Origin: Eledone cirrhosa
Lineage: Eukaryota
DNA: 64,000 bases
Assembly (NCBI GenBank): GCA_964016885.1
Contig: OZ024741.1
Span: 96,720,001 to 96,784,000 of the forward strand
Reading direction: 5' to 3'
Position 1 is the first letter of the stretch. Each line of letters starts with the position of its first letter. Of this stretch, positions 62,513 to 64,000 are shown piece by piece. The notes below the pieces were generated by a model. The model was not told the origin of the DNA, searched no databases, and saw only the letters and a program-made list of their open reading frames with translations. The translations under genes and the position numbers were made by a program.

Positions 62513-62655
62513 TTTATGTGTAGTGGTTCACCACTGGAAAGAACTTGTCATTCCGTTTAGTTAACCATGATGTAATAGTAAGAAAATCACTCTACATTAC
62601 GCAACTCATACATCATTGATGTTGAATCTTGAGGTTGGTGCAGGAACTGCCATTG
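62512..62655. repeat. Short dispersed repeat, second copy next to (TA)n
   Basis: Reverse-complement similarity to 59885-60030. Confidence 0.55.
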
Positions 62656-63314
62656 AAATATATATAGTGTTTCTGCAACAATAAAACTTTAAATGAACAT
62701 TACCAGTCCAGCCTCTTAAGAGAGAGAGAGAGAGAGAGGAAGGGAGGGTGGGGGAGAGAAAAGGTGGAATTAGAAATAGCACGGAAAATATATTTTAGGG
62801 TCTTTTTCTTTTTTTTCCTTTATTTCATTCGTCAAAGTGACATTATTGAAAAATGAGAGGGAAAATTCTTCTAAAAATGAGTTTTATAATGTATATAAAG
62901 TATATAATGTATAACCGGTTTCGATGTATTAGTAAAATTCATCTTATCAAAAGCTGAGTATTGCAATTAAAAAGAATTAATAAGAATTAAAAACTAAAAA
63001 TTAAAGTTTTAATATTAAGTGTTGAGGAAAGTTTTTTCACTTCCTTGTTGAGAAATATATATATACATATATATATATATAGCGTGTAGGTGTGGGTGCG
63101 CATTTGTGTAAGTAATTTTATTTATGTCATGTAAATGTTATTTAAGTCATGTATCTTACTAAGGAGTTCCGGCTCTATGTACACGTACTCATCAATAGAG
63201 CATGACTAACGTACATGATTGTCTCCTGACCTAGAACACATCCCGAAGAAACTCAATAATTAGAGGACATCGACTCAAACTTAATAAAAAATATGTATAT
63301 ATATATAAAATATG

Positions 63315-63349
<35 letters not shown>

Positions 63350-63426
63350 CTGTATATATACATACATATATTCAGTGCTTAAGACAGATTGAAATAACAT
63401 GCATTCAAAGCTTAGTATGCATTACT

Positions 63427-63491
<65 letters not shown>

Positions 63492-64000
63492 TCATGTATA
63501 TGCATATGCAGGGGAAACCAAAGCTGCATTTGCGTCAGCTGCTACTCCAGTATCTTATTGCTGGAGTATAATTCGTTAGGCTTAGTTATGTACATAGCGA
63601 TCGAAATGTTTCTTCATTCGTCTTTTTCTTTTCCTATTAAAATTTGTCCATTTCCCCCTCTTTTTCCCCGTTTTATTCTCTTTGCTTTCTATTATATTTC
63701 TTCTAATAATCTTCCTTTAAAATGTTTTATACATGTTATCTGCCGCACAAATATGTAATGTATTCTCTCAGTTGTACCATTTCTAGTGAATAAACGTAAT
63801 CAAGTTTGAAAACACAGAAGTCACTTGAAAAACAGTTCAGAGAAACAGTAATGCATACTAATTGTTGAATGCATGTTATTTCAATCTACACTAAACGTTG
63901 AATATATATATATACAATATGGAAAACGAAGAATCAGTGATGCATCGTAACTCAATTTATTACGTATTAATATTGTTTCTCCGGTGAACAGCTCGAGGTG

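Overview
Eukaryotic, AT-rich, microsatellite-dense non-genic DNA. The SINE families and repeat landscape suggest an octopod cephalopod (inference, not verified). No host protein-coding gene could be supported. The window is almost entirely retroelements sorted by microsatellite type. (1) A ~17 kb head-to-tail array of three divergent, full-length but decayed Tx1/L1-clade LINEs (28.3-45.0 kb), each bounded by (ATT)n. All three share an AG|GTAAGT splice-donor motif at the ORF1 end and a 3' terminus that also ends the dominant tRNA-derived SINE. (2) Two tandem R4/Dong-type RLE LINEs and two RTE derivatives in a (TATG)n tract; one RTE derivative is a ~590-bp non-autonomous element with an HDV-like ribozyme fold. 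(3) A (TA)n-flanked RTE with a twin-priming 5' inversion. (4) Several Penelope-like elements (GIY-YIG), including an inverted-pLTR copy with two hammerhead ribozyme motifs, plus a recurring foldback family. Most short ORFs in the track are microsatellite translations or antisense shadows of TE ORFs.
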